Shown here in pieces: positions 1 through 12,495 of a stretch of DNA of 64,000 bases. The stretch is from Mercenaria mercenaria (lineage: Eukaryota): positions 15,411,210 to 15,475,209 of the forward strand of contig NC_069369.1 of assembly GCF_021730395.1 (NCBI RefSeq). Reading direction: 5' to 3'. Position 1 is the stretch's first letter. Each line of letters begins with the position of its first letter. Position numbers and translations under genes: made by a program. The notes below the pieces were generated by a model. It saw nothing but the letters and a program-made list of their open reading frames with translations, did no database searches and was not told the origin of the DNA.

Positions 1-3000
1 AAAGATGGAACTTCTTTAAAATCCCCTTCCGGGAAAAATTTTTTTCCCCCAATTGGGTGGGGCTAGGTTACCAGCAAAAAACGTTCAAATGAAATGTAAA
101 GAAACCCGGAAAAAGCCAAACCCCCCCAAAGTCCGACATTTTTTGAATTGGCAGCCTTAAAGGGGGAGGCCCCTCGGGGGGAAAACCAAAAAAAAAAACC
201 CTAAATTTTGTAAAATAAAAGGGTTTTTGTTTTCTTTCAGTATTAAAAATTATTCTAAAAAGTAATCAAAAAAAAGGGCTTATTAAATATTCATCTACTC
301 GGAAAAAAAGTAAAAAAAAATTGGTTAAAAAGCCATTATTCTCTTTAGTTTTTTAAACAATTTAAAAAATTCGACATTTTTCTCTGAGTTTTTTTTTGCG
401 TTTAATGGCAAATTCTTTAAATTGGGGCTATTTAAAAATGGGGGAAAAATTTTACTTTTTTAGGTCAAGTAAAATTTAAAAAAAAAAATATACCCTGGCC
501 CTAAAACGAAAAATCCCAAAATACCCAAATCCATTTATTTTTAAAAAAACTTTTTTAACGTGAATTTCCCTTAAAATTTCTTTGTTTTAAACCCCCACTT
601 TTCAAAAATTTTTTGGGCTTGGGGTTTTTTCCCGGGGGGGGCCCCGCGTCATATTGGAAAAATCTCATAAATTAAATTTTTTTTTTTTTTTTAAAAATTT
701 CAAAATCCCAAAAAATCAATTCCCCCTTTTCCCAAAGGGAGAAAATTTTATTCCCCCCCCCTTTTTTTAAAAGTAAATTTTTCCCGTTAGGAAAAAGGGG
801 GAAAAAGGAAAAAAAAAAATTTTACCCTTTTTATTTTTTAAAATTTTTAATAAAAATTTTTGCAAAAAAGGGAAAATTTCTAAAATTGCTATTGACCGAT
901 TTTCCCAAAAAAAACCAAACCAAAGGATTCTTATGCTTCCCAAAAATTTTAAAATTTTGCAAAAAGTAAAACCCAATTTTTTTTAAAAATATCAACTGAA
1001 AAAAAAATTTTTTAATCCCAAAATTGTATTTTTTATTTCAAAAACCCTATTTACATGATATAATGAAAGAAAAATTTACGTTTTTTTCTTGTCCCCAAAA
1101 CCTTAAAACTTCCCAAAATCCCCTTTAAAAAAAAAATTAAACCTTTTTTTATTTATTTAAATTTTTGAAATTTTTTCCAAGGAAAAGAAAAAAATTCAAA
1201 ACTTTTTTTGATAAATTATATTAGTTTTCATACGACTTTTTTAACCAAAAATTTTTAAAAAATTTATTTAAAGGGGTTTAAAAAATTATTTAAAAAGGGG
1301 TTTGATTTTTGTTAAAAAAAATTTCATTTCCCAAATTTAAAATTTTTTTTAAAAAATTTTTTCAAAGAAAACACCAATTTAGGTTTTTGGGGTTTTAAAA
1401 TTTTTTAACCTTTTGATTTTTTACATTTTTAAAATTGGTCACTTTTTAAAAAATTACAGGGAAAATTTTTAAAACTACAAAAAATTTTTTTATAAAAAAA
1501 AAACAAAAAAAAAAAATTAAAAAAATTTTAAAAATATCATTTTTTTTCGGGGTTTCCCGTTACCGGTAAATTTTTTTTTTTTCAAAATTTCCCTTGAGTA
1601 AAAAATTTTAAAATTTTTTATAAAAATAAAACTTCCAATTTTTTTTTTTCTTTTCCTTTGGATTTTCCACCCAATTGTTTTCGTACTAATTCCCCATGGT
1701 ACAAGCCTGCATTTTCCCAAAAAGATAACCCCAAAAATTTTTTTTAAAAAATTAATTTTAATTTTTTCCGATTTTTTAGTAAAATATAAAAATTTTTTTC
1801 TAAAAATTTTTTTAAAAAAATTTTGTTTTTGGTTAAAAATCTTGGAATTCTTTTCCAAAAAAGAAAAGTTTCACCCTTTTGAAAAAAAAAAAAATAACTT
1901 ATTAATTTTGGTGAAATAAAAATTTTTTTTAAAAATGCTTTTTTTTGGGATTTTAAAAATCAAAATTTTTAAACTTTTTGTAAAAATGCAATGATTTTCG
2001 GCATTTTGGGGGTCCCAAAGTTTTCAAACCCTTGGCAAAAAAGGGGTTTTTTAGGGGTAAAAAAACCCCAAAAGGGTTCAGGAAATTTCTTTTGGGGGGG
2101 TATACCTGTTTAAAAAATTTTAAAAAAAAGCAAAAAAAAAAAAAAATTTTTTTTTTTTTAAAAATGGCGACACCAAAAAATAGGCCTTTTTTATGGGGTT
2201 TAAATATTTTAGAAAGCGTTCCCTTTTTTGGGGTTAAAAAAAATAATATCTGAAAATTTTTTTGGGTTTTTACAAACCTTTTTCTGGCCTTAATCAAAAA
2301 CTAAAAAAAAAAATTTAAAATTTAACCTTTCCAAAATTTTCAACCCCCCCCCAAAAATTTCAAATTTTCAATGGAATTTTTTAAAAATAATTTAAATTTT
2401 ATTAAATTGCAAAAAAATTAAAAATTTTTTTTAAAAGAATTTTTTCAATTAAAGGTTTTTTTTAAAAAAAAAGAATTTTTTAAAAGGGAATATTTGTTTA
2501 AAAAAAAACCATTTAAAAAAAATTTTTTTCCCGATTAAGATTTCTGAAGGGGAAAATTTCAAAAGATTTTAAAAAAACCCCAAATTTAAAAGTATAAAAA
2601 TTTTTTTTCCCCTTTTAATAAAACCCCCTTTCCAAAATTTAAAGCAAAAAGCTTTTTTAAACCCAAAATTCCCTTTTTACCCTAAAATTAAAAAATGTTT
2701 TTTTTTGGATATCTTTGGTTGGTTAAAGGGAGTTCCCTATTTTTTTGAAAAAAAAAGTTTTAAAAGATAAAATGTTTTTTTTTAAAATTTAAAAAAAATT
2801 TTGTAAATGAATTTTTTTTTTTTTTTTTTTTTTAAAAAAAATTTTTTTAAAAATACAAGGAAAAAAGGTATACCGTGGTGGCTGTTTTTTTTCCTAATTC
2901 CCTTTGGTAATTGTTTGGCGAGCATTTAAATGTTTTTTTTCCATTTTTTTTTTTTCCCCTTTTTTTTTAAATTTTTCAGGGGGTTTCCGTGAAAAGAGGA

Positions 3001-4810
3001 AAAACCCAATACTCAAAAATTTTCATTTTATTAAAGCAATTAACAACAAAGTAAAAAGGGGGTTTTAGGAAAAAAATTCTTTTTCCCCCTTAAAATTTCC
3101 CCCAACAAAAAAGAAAAAAAAGGGGGAAAACCCCCCCCCCCCCATTCTAATTATTTTAAAAAAATTTTATTAATAAATTTTTTTTAAAAAATTTCATTTT
3201 TCCTCGAGACTTAAAATTTTGTTGGTAAGGGGGTTTTAAACGGGCCCTTTTTTTTTTTAGTTAAGGTTCCTTTTTTTTAAACAGACGATTGCATGAGCGA
3301 GCCAGAACCAGCCAGTTGTTCGATAAAAAAAAAAGGGCTTTTTAAATTTTCTTTCAAAAACCCTTTAATTTTTAAAAAAAAATTTTTTTACATGTCTTCA
3401 TAAAGATAAAATTTAAAAATTTTTAAAGAAAATCCCCAAAGGGTTGCCCAAACGAAAGGGGGAAAAAAAAGGGGGAAAAAGGAAATTTGAGAAAATTAAA
3501 ACCCCTTATTTAAAAGGGAAAAAAAAAAGGCCCAAGGGGGTTCGGAATCAGTATCCACTGACCCCGGAAACCGAACCAATTTTAAAATAAAAAGGAAAAA
3601 ACAAAAGTTCAAGAAAGTTGGGGGGATTAATAATAATTATTTTTTAAAAATTTTGATTTGGGGTTTAAAACTTGTATGTTGATAAATTTCAGGATTTTGG
3701 GGTGTAAATATATCTTTTCTGGGCTTTGTATGTTTTTTTATTTAAAAAAATTTTTGGGTTTTTAAAAAAAATAATTTTTTTTTTGTTTTATTTTCCAAAT
3801 TTTTCTTTCCCCCCTTTTAAAAAATTTTCGGGCGAATTTTAATTTTGGATTATTCCTTAAAGGGGGCATTTTGAAAAATTTTTTTAAAGGGGGGAAAATT
3901 TTTTCGTCTTAGTTTAAAAAAAAAACCGGGGTTTTTTTTGGGGTTTTCGTAAGCGCATTATTTTGCGGGATTTAAAATATAAAAGTTAAAACTTTTTCAA
4001 AATTTTTTCAGGGGGTTCTGGTGGGCATTTCATTTCGGGGATCCCCTTTGGGCTTAAAAAATAAAAAACCCCTTTGGGAAAAAAAAGGGGGAATTGGGGA
4101 GTTACAACCCGCATGAATTCTTCTTATTACAAATTTTTTAAAAAGACTTTTCTCCCTTCGGAGTGTTGAGTCAATAAATTTGTGGGAATTTCCCCAAATT
4201 TCGGATAATTCAAGTGAAAATTTAAATTTTGGGGGCAAAATTGGGGTTTGGGGGGTGAAGCCCCAAGTTTTTCTCAGCCAAAAAAAAAAAAAAATATCTT
4301 GTTCTTCATTCCCCAAAAAAGACAAACCCAAATAAAACTGTTAAACTTAGGAAATTAGGGCGGGCTTTCACAAAAGCAAAGCTTCCCTAGTGTTTGTCTT
4401 TTTGTCCAAAACCCGGGTGACCGAAAATTTTTTTTATAAAAAAATTTTTTTTTTCATTTCAAAATTTTTGGGTTTGTACCACAAAATCCTTTTTTTTTTT
4501 TCCCCCGGTTTTACAGATTTGCATGAAAGTTGTAACAATTTTGTAACTTTTTGGGGGCAAAATTGGGAAAAAAAAAGGTTTTGGTTTTTTAAATTTTAAA
4601 AAAATAACTGTTTTTGTTTGGGGTTTTTTTTAAAATTTTGGTTTTTTTTAATTAAAGTGTTTCTGCTTGCCTTCTTGTGAAAGAGGAGAAAATTTTTAAC
4701 AAACTTTAAACTCAATTTAAAAAAAACCATTAATTTATTTTTTTATATTGAAAGATTTTTTTTTCCGGGAAAAAAAAAAAAAATTATAGGGTTTTATTTT
4801 AAAAATTTTT
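1..4810. other. Homopolymer-stuttered low-complexity tract, probably low-quality or unpolished assembly sequence
   Basis: Nearly every base is in a run of 2 to 15 identical bases (for example aaagatggaacttctttaaaatccccttccgggaaaaattttttt). There is no codon structure and no repeats shared with the rest of the window. Normal-complexity sequence begins abruptly at about 4,810. Confidence 0.6.
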
Positions 4811-4829
4811 TTTCAAATGAAAACTTGCG

Positions 4830-5470
4830 TTGTCGTCTGTCAGTTATGGACACGGTCCGCTCAGTTTGGTGAAGCTATGTTTGCCTTTATCGGGCCTATC
4901 ACAAGGGCATTATTGTCTTAAACAGTGCACCAAAGGTTTTTCATTGCAAAAGATGCACCTTGCTATTTAAGGTTGGTTGACCTGAAGTTGCTTCGGGTCA
5001 CTAGGATTTCGTCCTTATAGTACTGGCGAGTCCTAGATTGCATTGCGTTGCGTTGCGTTGCTTGCTTGTGAAGTGGTTGTAGTGCACCACTATAGGTTCT
5101 GGTGATGCCTAGGTTGCTTTGCTTTTTTGCGTAGTGAAGCTTCTATAGTGAATAATTACAGTATTGGCGAAACCTAGGTTGTGTCTGTAATGTATCACTA
5201 TGGTACTGGTGAGGCCCAAGTTGCATTCCGTTGTCCGTAGTGCTTCACTATAGTGTTGGTAATGCCTATGTTGCGTTGTTTCTTGCGATATGAAGTGTCT
5301 GTAATGCATCACAATGGTACTGGTGAGGCCCTGGTTGCATTCCGTTGTCTGTAATGCTTCACTATAATGTTGTGTGGTGCCTATGTTGCGTTGCTTCTTG
5401 CAAGGTGAAGTGTGTCTGGGGTGCATCAGTTGGTGTTTTGTGTGGTAGGCCCGGTCAGTCCGTATTTTAG
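4830..5470. repeat. GC-richer tandem satellite with a unit of about 60/120 bp (gcattgcgttg... tagtgcttcactatagtgttggtaatgcctatgttgcgttg...)
   Basis: Repeated units are visible by eye from about 5,040 to 5,420. The 130-aa minus-strand ORF at 5109..5501 lies wholly inside the repeat and is spurious. Confidence 0.6.
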
Positions 5471-5499
5471 TTTTACTAGCTGAAGAATTGGGCTGTCTC

Positions 5500-5800
5500 A
5501 TGAATATTTAACGCGTGCCGTTTTCGTGGACAATAATGCCAATATTGTCGTTCTTGTTTTAGCACAGACATATATCAGACAGCTTTCTAGCACTGAGTGT
5601 TTGGTAGCAGCTCTTGACTTGCTTCGTGGCATCGTTTTGGTGCGGAGCCGTGGTGAGCTGAGGTCTGCTGTCATACATTCGGGTGTGGTCCGTGTGCTGG
5701 GTGCCGTCTGCGGTTTTTAGGGGTCATCGCATCGCGTGTTGTCTCATGCTTGCGCCTGGTCTCCTCTCGCTTGAAGATAGAGCGGCCAAAAACATGCCAA
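5500..5800. promoter_or_regulatory. CpG-rich island-like segment
   Basis: CpG density is far above the window average (cgtgg, gtcgtt, gcggag, ccgtgg, atcgcatcgcgtg, gcgcct, tcgctt, gcggcc). It lies between the satellite and the 3' end of the large gene. Its function is unknown. Confidence 0.3.
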
Positions 5801-6320
5801 CTTAACTTTTCAATGTTTTTCTCAGATCTATTGATGCATTTACCTTAGCAGATGTAGAATATATTAATTTAGAAATCAAGTATTTTAAGTCATTTGTTCG
5901 TCATAATGTGTTATATGATCTTAAAACATTTAACAGTATAACAATGAGATAAATAAAAGACAAAGAATGGTACATGTTCTTATTTTATGTCGAGTAATAT
6001 GGAATAAAAAGTAACATATTTTAAATAATTTCAGTTCAAAGTATCGTAATTTTCTGTTTTCAATTAACTAAATCAAAGTAAGATTTTGTTCAACCTGGTT
6101 AGATAAAGCAGGAAGGATTCAGTACACCATTTCAAAATTTTCAAAGATATAGTAAATGATGAAACTCTTCATATTATTCATAATGCCATAATTATATCAT
6201 CAGAGTGTGAATGTACCATACCTTTTCCCTAAGGAAAAGATAAGGTAATCTACTTTCAGAATATCCTTATCTGTCAAGCTATGTAGGCAAGAAAATGTTG
6301 TCTTTGCAACAGAAAATTCC

Positions 6321-6573
6321 TTACTTGGCCTGATCAGCATCATTAATATTGACTGGTCCGACAATTTTCTCATGGAATGTATATCCATTTGTCAGGTTTA
6401 GCTCTAGACACACTTCCAAGGCACGATTATGCACTAGAAACTTGAGTGAATCATTCTGCAGCAGATCACGAGACAGAAGATCTTCAAATGCAAGGATGGG
6501 CAACGTGAGATGATTATACCCAATATCTCTCAACTGTGTCACCATAGACTCAAGATAATGCAATGTCAACATC
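6321..6573 (-). CDS. Terminal coding exon of the large minus-strand gene (…MLTLHYLESMVTQLRDIGYNHLTLPILAFEDLLSRDLLQNDSLKFLVHNRALEVCLELNLTNGYTFHEKIVGPVNINDADQAK*)
   Basis: The acceptor ttacatatttcag precedes ATGTTGACA. The exon is an open frame ending at a TAA stop (plus-strand tta at 6321-6323). Its phase 0 start matches the upstream exon. Confidence 0.7.
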
Positions 6574-7053
6574 TGAAATATGTAACACAAAATGACAGAA
6601 AATGTAATGGCAATATTTGGAATATAACATATAGAGCTAAAAATAACATTGTTACCAACTGGAATACAAAACAGACAGACAGAAAATCAAATGTCAACAA
6701 TGGAAAACAGTGAGGCAGTAAGCAGGCAGGACTATACTGCCAGCAATCTGGTTGTGACTGATAGTGTTCTGTGCTGGGTGTTTTCTCCCACTTGGACCTG
6801 TTTTTACACTGTATTAGCATCAGCCTAGACTCAATGCTAGGAAAGTAAATATGACACCAGCTGTGGGCTTGGCTGGAAATAAGTGATTCTACCTAAGATG
6901 GAGAATTGTGTCGGATACCAATGTTAAATGAGATACCTTATAGCCTAACACATCTGGAAACGAACAAACAGACTGACAGATATAATAATGTCAACATTTG
7001 AAATTTTTGAATAAATGCACAAAGAAGAATGTAGTAGAGAAAAATTTACTTAC

Positions 7054-7122
7054 AGGTTTAACAATTGTGTGTTTATTAATGCCAGTTTCTTCCATCATCT
7101 CATGCTTGAATGCCTCAATTAC
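7054..7122 (-). CDS. Exon (VIEAFKHEMMEETGINKHTIVKP)
   Basis: Acceptor ttacag and donor gtaagt. The exon is 69 nt with phase 0 at both ends. Confidence 0.55.
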
Positions 7123-7308
7123 CTGTAAATTAAACAATATTTTTAATGTGTCAGTTATATAGTTATAGCACAGTGAAATATGAGGACAATAATCACTGAA
7201 CAATTGTTTTCCTCTCAATTTTACAATATAAAAACATAAAACATTGTTATGTAATGCACTATTATATTTAGATACTTGAAATGAACATTGTAATACAATC
7301 AAACATAC

Positions 7309-7515
7309 CTCGTCAGGAACATCATATACTGCCCACTCTTCCAGCGTGTTTGGTATCACGTCTAATGGTCCTTTACGTTTTGGTTTCTCCTTCACTGGAG
7401 CTTTTTCTGCCCCCTTATCCTTCTTCTTTGCTGACCCCTTGGGATCTTTTTCAATGGCTTGTGGAGGGTTCTTCAGGATCTCTTTCATTGTGGGGCCTGA
7501 TACTTTCACTGTCAC
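7309..7515 (-). CDS. Exon (VTVKVSGPTMKEILKNPPQAIEKDPKGSAKKKDKGAEKAPVKEKPKRKGPLDVIPNTLEEWAVYDVPDE)
   Basis: Donor GAG|gtatgt; the acceptor is probably atgcag|GTGACA. The exon is 207 nt in phase 0 and is Lys-rich low complexity. Confidence 0.6.
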
Positions 7516-7841
7516 CTGCATTATGTTATATTTTTTTAGGTCTCACACAACCTTTGACTTCTACGCAAATTTTTAATACACAGTACATGCTATTCCATCT
7601 GATTTTCCCTTTTTATTTGCCTAATATGATTTCACATGTAATTTTGTGTAATATTTGATCTGTCATATTTTTTTTATATTTTTTTTGAGATTCAAAAACA
7701 TTCAATTTCTTTGGTTTATGTACCTTTAAATCAATATCAGGTCTATAGACTCATTTTTTGAATTTTTTTTCCCCTACAGTTTGTTCTTGTGTTTTGATTT
7801 CATGATTAACTTCTGAATAGTGAAATTAAAAGTGTACATAC

Positions 7842-8011
7842 CTGCCAGAGTTTCATGAGATAAGCATGTGCCATGAGTAGGTAGTCAGCATACTGGGGTA
7901 ATCCTCGACCTACAATCTCAGCAAGAAGCACGTGCGCACGTATCAGACCATCAAGCACCTTAATATCTGTGATCTCCTGAATCTTCAGTGAGGGATTCGT
8001 TGGTAAAACAC
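7842..8011 (-). CDS. Exon (VLPTNPSLKIQEITDIKVLDGLIRAHVLLAEIVGRGLPQYADYLLMAHAYLMKLWQ)
   Basis: Acceptor cacag and donor CAG|gtatgt. The exon starts with 2 nt of a split codon and ends in phase 0. Two of its three reading frames contain stops. Confidence 0.6.
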
Positions 8012-8650
8012 CTGTGAAATTAAGTGTGATACATTCATTTTCCAGTAGTATTAATAAACTATTATACTTCCAAATTAAGGTCTTGGCTATGAATTCATAT
8101 CACTGCAGTTTTATCAAATAAAACCATATCTATTTTATCATACTGTATATAATCAAGACTTATTAAAAATCAGTTTACTTGCAATTTTTACAGTTTATAC
8201 AAGATTTACTTCAATCCCACCTCCAAGGTAATATCATCTCATCACATGACAAAGTGTCTGTGACAATGAATTTCTCTGAGCTTTTTTTTTAAACTGAATT
8301 GAATGAATTTTAAGAAATACATAAGCTTACTAAATTTCTAAATTCAATAAATATTTTTCAAACAATCTTTTCAGCATTTTATTTACTGAATAAAAACATT
8401 TTAACTTGGACTGAATATTACAAATTTCATGCATTTGCCATTATCCTTTACTCACTGCTTGGATTTTCCTAAATCCATGAAAAACAAGACTGCTAAACTG
8501 ACACAACATTCACCTATCATGCTGTTGGACTCATAAGCAAAATTATTTAAATATCAACAACTATTCCATAAACAAAGTGAAGTAATTCTCACATGTATCT
8601 ATTAATATTAATATGTTTCATTTTTACCATAACAAACATATAAACCCTAC

Positions 8651-8830
8651 CTATAACAGCCTCCCTGGCCTGAGGAACAATATCCTCTGCATTTATGTCA
8701 CTTCCTGTTCCATCACCTTTATCTTTGCCTTCTTTCTCCTTGATGCTGTCTTTAACCTGTGTTCTCTCCTTCTTGGCAGATGGTACTTTAGGTTTAGGAG
8801 GTGGTGCACCCTTCTTGTCTTTCTTTCCTC
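8651..8830 (-). CDS. Exon (GKKDKKGAPPPKPKVPSAKKERTQVKDSIKEKEGKDKGDGTGSDINAEDIVPQAREAVI)
   Basis: Acceptor tttctag and donor ATAG|gtaggg. The phase is consistent with both neighbouring exons. Confidence 0.6.
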
Positions 8831-9133
8831 CTAGAAAGGTACACCTCATTTAATATTTTTAGCAAGATACATATCTCTGGCATCCTTTAACAAGTTTTTC
8901 TCATTCATCCGAGTGAAAGCATTTATAAGTAAGATGGTGTCATTCCTAACAAAGATACTGTGGTTTCTTAAGAAAGTTCTCCAGAAGTAGTCTGCCCTAA
9001 TCTTTAACAAAATATACATTCACAAAATAGTGTAACAACAAAAAATGCCAGTGAACACCCAGTATAAAAACATGACCAGCAAAAGAGAACAAATAGGAGA
9101 TATGAATAGACAGAGGATGTAAATGTTTAGAAA

Positions 9134-10870
9134 AACAAGAGGGTCATGATGACCCTGGATCGCTCACCAGAGTAATATGAGCTACATTTTTCAAATGTCA
9201 AACTGATGATTTTTAGAAATTTTTTGTAAGATTTTCCGATGTACAATCAAGTAACCCCTGGGGCAGAGCCAATTTTACCCCGGGGGTCATCATCATCAGA
9301 TTTGAACAAAGTTTGTAGAAGTGTACTAGGCAATGTTACATATCAAATATCTAAGACCTAGGCCTTCTGGTTTATTTTTAGCAAATTTATGAAGATTTCC
9401 CAATGTACAATCAAGTAACCCCTGGGGCTGGGTCAATTTGACCCTGGGAGTCAAGATTTTAACAACTTTTGTAGAGGTCCAGTAGGCAATGCAACATGTC
9501 AAATATCTAAGCTCTAGGCCTTCTGGTTTATTTTTAGAAAATTTTGAAGATTTTTCTATGTACAATCAAGTAACCCCATGGGGCGGGGTCAATTTTGACC
9601 CCGGGGGTCATGATTTGAACAAATTTTGTAGAAGTCCACTAGGCAATGCCACATGTCAAATATCTAAGATCTAGGCCTTCTGGTTTATTTTTAGAAAAAT
9701 TTTGAAGATTTTCCTATGTAAAATCAAGTGACCCCTGGGGCGGGGTCAATTTTGACCCTGGGGGTCATGATTTGAACAAATTTTGTAGAGGTCCACTAGG
9801 CAATGCTACATGTGAAATATCTAAGCTCTAGGCCTTCTGGTTTATTTTTAGAAAAATTTTGAAGATTTTCCTATGTAAAATAAAGTGACCTCTGAGGCGG
9901 GGTGAATTTTGACCCCGGGGGGTCATGATTTGAACAAATTTTGTAGAGGTCCACTAGGCAATGCTACATGTGAAATATCTAAGCTCTAGGCCTTCTGGTT
10001 TATTTTTAGAAAATTTTGAAGATTTTTCTATGTACAATCAAGTAACCCCATGGGGCGGGGTCAATTTGACCCCGGGGGTCATGATTTGAATAAATTTTGT
10101 AGAAGTCCAGTAGGCAATGCTACATGTGAAATATCTAAGCTCTAGGCCTTCTGGTTTATTTTTAGAAAATTTTTGAAGATTTTCCTATGTAAAATCAAGT
10201 GACCCCTGGGGCGGGGTCAATTTTGACCCCGGGGGTCATGATTTGAACAAATTTTGTAGAGGTCCACTAGGCAATGCTACATGTAAAATATCTAAGCTCT
10301 AGGCCTTCTGGTTTATTTTAAGAAAAATTTTGAAGATTTTCCTATGTAAAATCAAGTGACCCCTGGGGCGGGGTCAATTTTGACCCCATGGTCATGATTT
10401 GAACAACTTTAGTAGAGGTCCACTAGGCAATGCTACATGTCAAATATCTTAGCTCTAGGGCTTCTGGTTTTTGAGAAGAAGATTTTTTAAGATTTTCCTA
10501 TGTAAAATCAAGTGACCCCTGGGGCGGGGTCAATTTTGATCCCGGGTTCATGATTTGAACAAACTTGGTAGAGGTCCACTAGGCAATGCCTCACACCAAA
10601 TATCTAAGCTCTAGGGCTTCTGGTTTTTGAGAAGAAGATTTTTAAAGTTTTTCCTTTCAGTTGCCATGGCAACCAGAATTCTGCATGGAATTCAATTCTT
10701 TGAATAACTTTGTAGAGCTTCACCCAAGGAACATTCCTGTGAAGTTTGGATGAAATTGTCCAAGCGGTTTATGAGGAGATGTCATTAAAAGTAAAAGTTT
10801 ACGGACGGACGCCAGACGGTGACTGATCCTAATAGCTCACCCTAAGCCTTTGGCTCTGGTGAGCTAAAAA
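9134..10870 (+). mobile_element. Non-autonomous tandem-repeat carrier element, Helentron/HINE-like
   Basis: 5' motif aacaagagggtcatgatgaccc. About 9 tandem units of about 158 bp (…ggggcggggtcaattttgaccccgggggtcatga…) run from about 9,290 to 10,650. A unique tail contains acggacggacgcc, followed by the 3' hairpin tagctcacc…ggtgagcta. Confidence 0.6.
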
Positions 10871-11458
10871 GAGGTAAATGAACAATATGAGCAATAATTA
10901 ACAGAATGAAGAAGTCAAAAGATAGAAAGAAGAATTCAATACCAAAATGAATACTGAATGAAGATGTCATCAGTAAACTGAAAATGATGAAGGACAAAAG
11001 GAAGATATTCCTAAGTTTAACAGACAGGCCAGTGAAAAGAATAAATTAAGAGGCTCCTGCACAGAACAGAGATCTTAACAAAATGAAGATGCTAAAGGTA
11101 AGAACAGTTTGTTTGTTCGTTTGTTTTGGGTTTAACGCCGTTTTTCAGCAGTATTTGTCATGTAACGGCGGGCAGTTAACCTAACCAGTGTTCCTAGATT
11201 CTGTACCAGTACAAACCTGTTCTCCGCATGTAACTGCCAACTTCCCGACATGAATTATCTGAGGAAAGGAAAGAACAGAACACAAATGAATAGACAAAAT
11301 GGCTAATGAGCAGAATGACCAGATAAATAAATAGACCAAATGACCAAAGATATTAAAAAGGTCTTTGAACTACCAAGAAGGGTCAGTTTTTGAAACATGA
11401 CAACCAGACTATGGAGAAAGAATTTGCGGAAACAATACAGTGAAGTGACAATACATAC

Positions 11459-11506
11459 CTTTAGTGGCTTTCTTGGCTTCAGCAGCCTCTGCAGCAGCTT
11501 TTGCTT
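11459..11506 (-). CDS. Small exon (EAKAAAEAAEAKKATK)
   Basis: Acceptor caacag and donor AAAG|gtatgt. The exon is 48 nt. Its phase links the exon at 14831 to the exon at 8830, and its Ala/Lys-rich content matches the flanking exons. Confidence 0.4.
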
Positions 11507-12050
11507 CTGTTGATGATACAACATTACACAATATAGTCACACATCATACAACATAATTACTAAACATGTGTAACATATTAACATTTAAAAATAAAAAATT
11601 AATTCTTGGACTTTATTCTTCAACATTCAAAGTCAAACATTAAACCTAGAACATCAAACATTTCCACCATTTATCTATATTTTTGCTTGCACATCGTTAG
11701 ACAGAATGGAAATTCTTAAAGTCTGGTAAGGGATTAAAAGTTTGTTTAAAAAAGTTGCTGATGACTTGACCAGAACTACACATTTTACATAAATCATTAC
11801 GTTTTATTAAATGTAATATGATGGACAAGTGTAATTATACACCAGGTCATAGGACTGAAAAGGATTCTTTATATCATTCTTTTTTTATATCTTGAGAACA
11901 TGCATTCTTTTGGAAAGTACTATCCATTTGATTTTTTATACCTTTCCTTTAAATTCAAAAAAAGAATATTTTACCAGTATTAACAAATTATAGCTATATC
12001 TAAATAAGAAGTTTCTTGTTTCAACTAAAAAAAACCCAAAGAAAGTATTT

Positions 12051-12495
12051 AACAAGAGCTGTCCGTAAGACAGCATGCTTGACTTTTCTCAGTGCTTGAC
12101 TCTGAATTAGAGCTTTGCCTGTAAAAGGGTCATAAATCTGTCAAAATTCTAATTAGAGTTATGGGGATTGTTTCTTATGGTGTAGCCTTTGATAGAAAAT
12201 AACTATTTTAAGTTTCAAGTCAATAGCTTTGATAGTAACAGAGATATTGGATGTTATATAAAACTTTAACCAAACAATTCTAAGTTAAAAAGGGGCATAA
12301 CTCTGTCAAAATTCAATCAGAGTTATAGGGATTGTTTCTCCTGGTGTAGACTTTGATAGTAAATAAATATTTTAAGTTTCAAATCAAAAGCTTTGATAGT
12401 AACAGAGATATTTGACTTTATCGAAAACTTTAACCACGACGCCGACACTGGGGCAAATGCAATAGCTCTACATTTTCTTGAAAAGTCGAGCAAAA
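12051..12495 (+). mobile_element. Tandem-repeat carrier element, same family as above
   Basis: 5' aacaagagctgtc, two units of about 190 bp, a (gacgcc)-type microsatellite, and the 3' hairpin tagctctac…gtcgagc. Confidence 0.55.

Noticed and set aside
5109-5501. 130-aa minus-strand track ORF
   Set aside because: It lies inside the 60/120-bp satellite, is internally repetitive in His/Tyr/Thr, and has no start or splice context.
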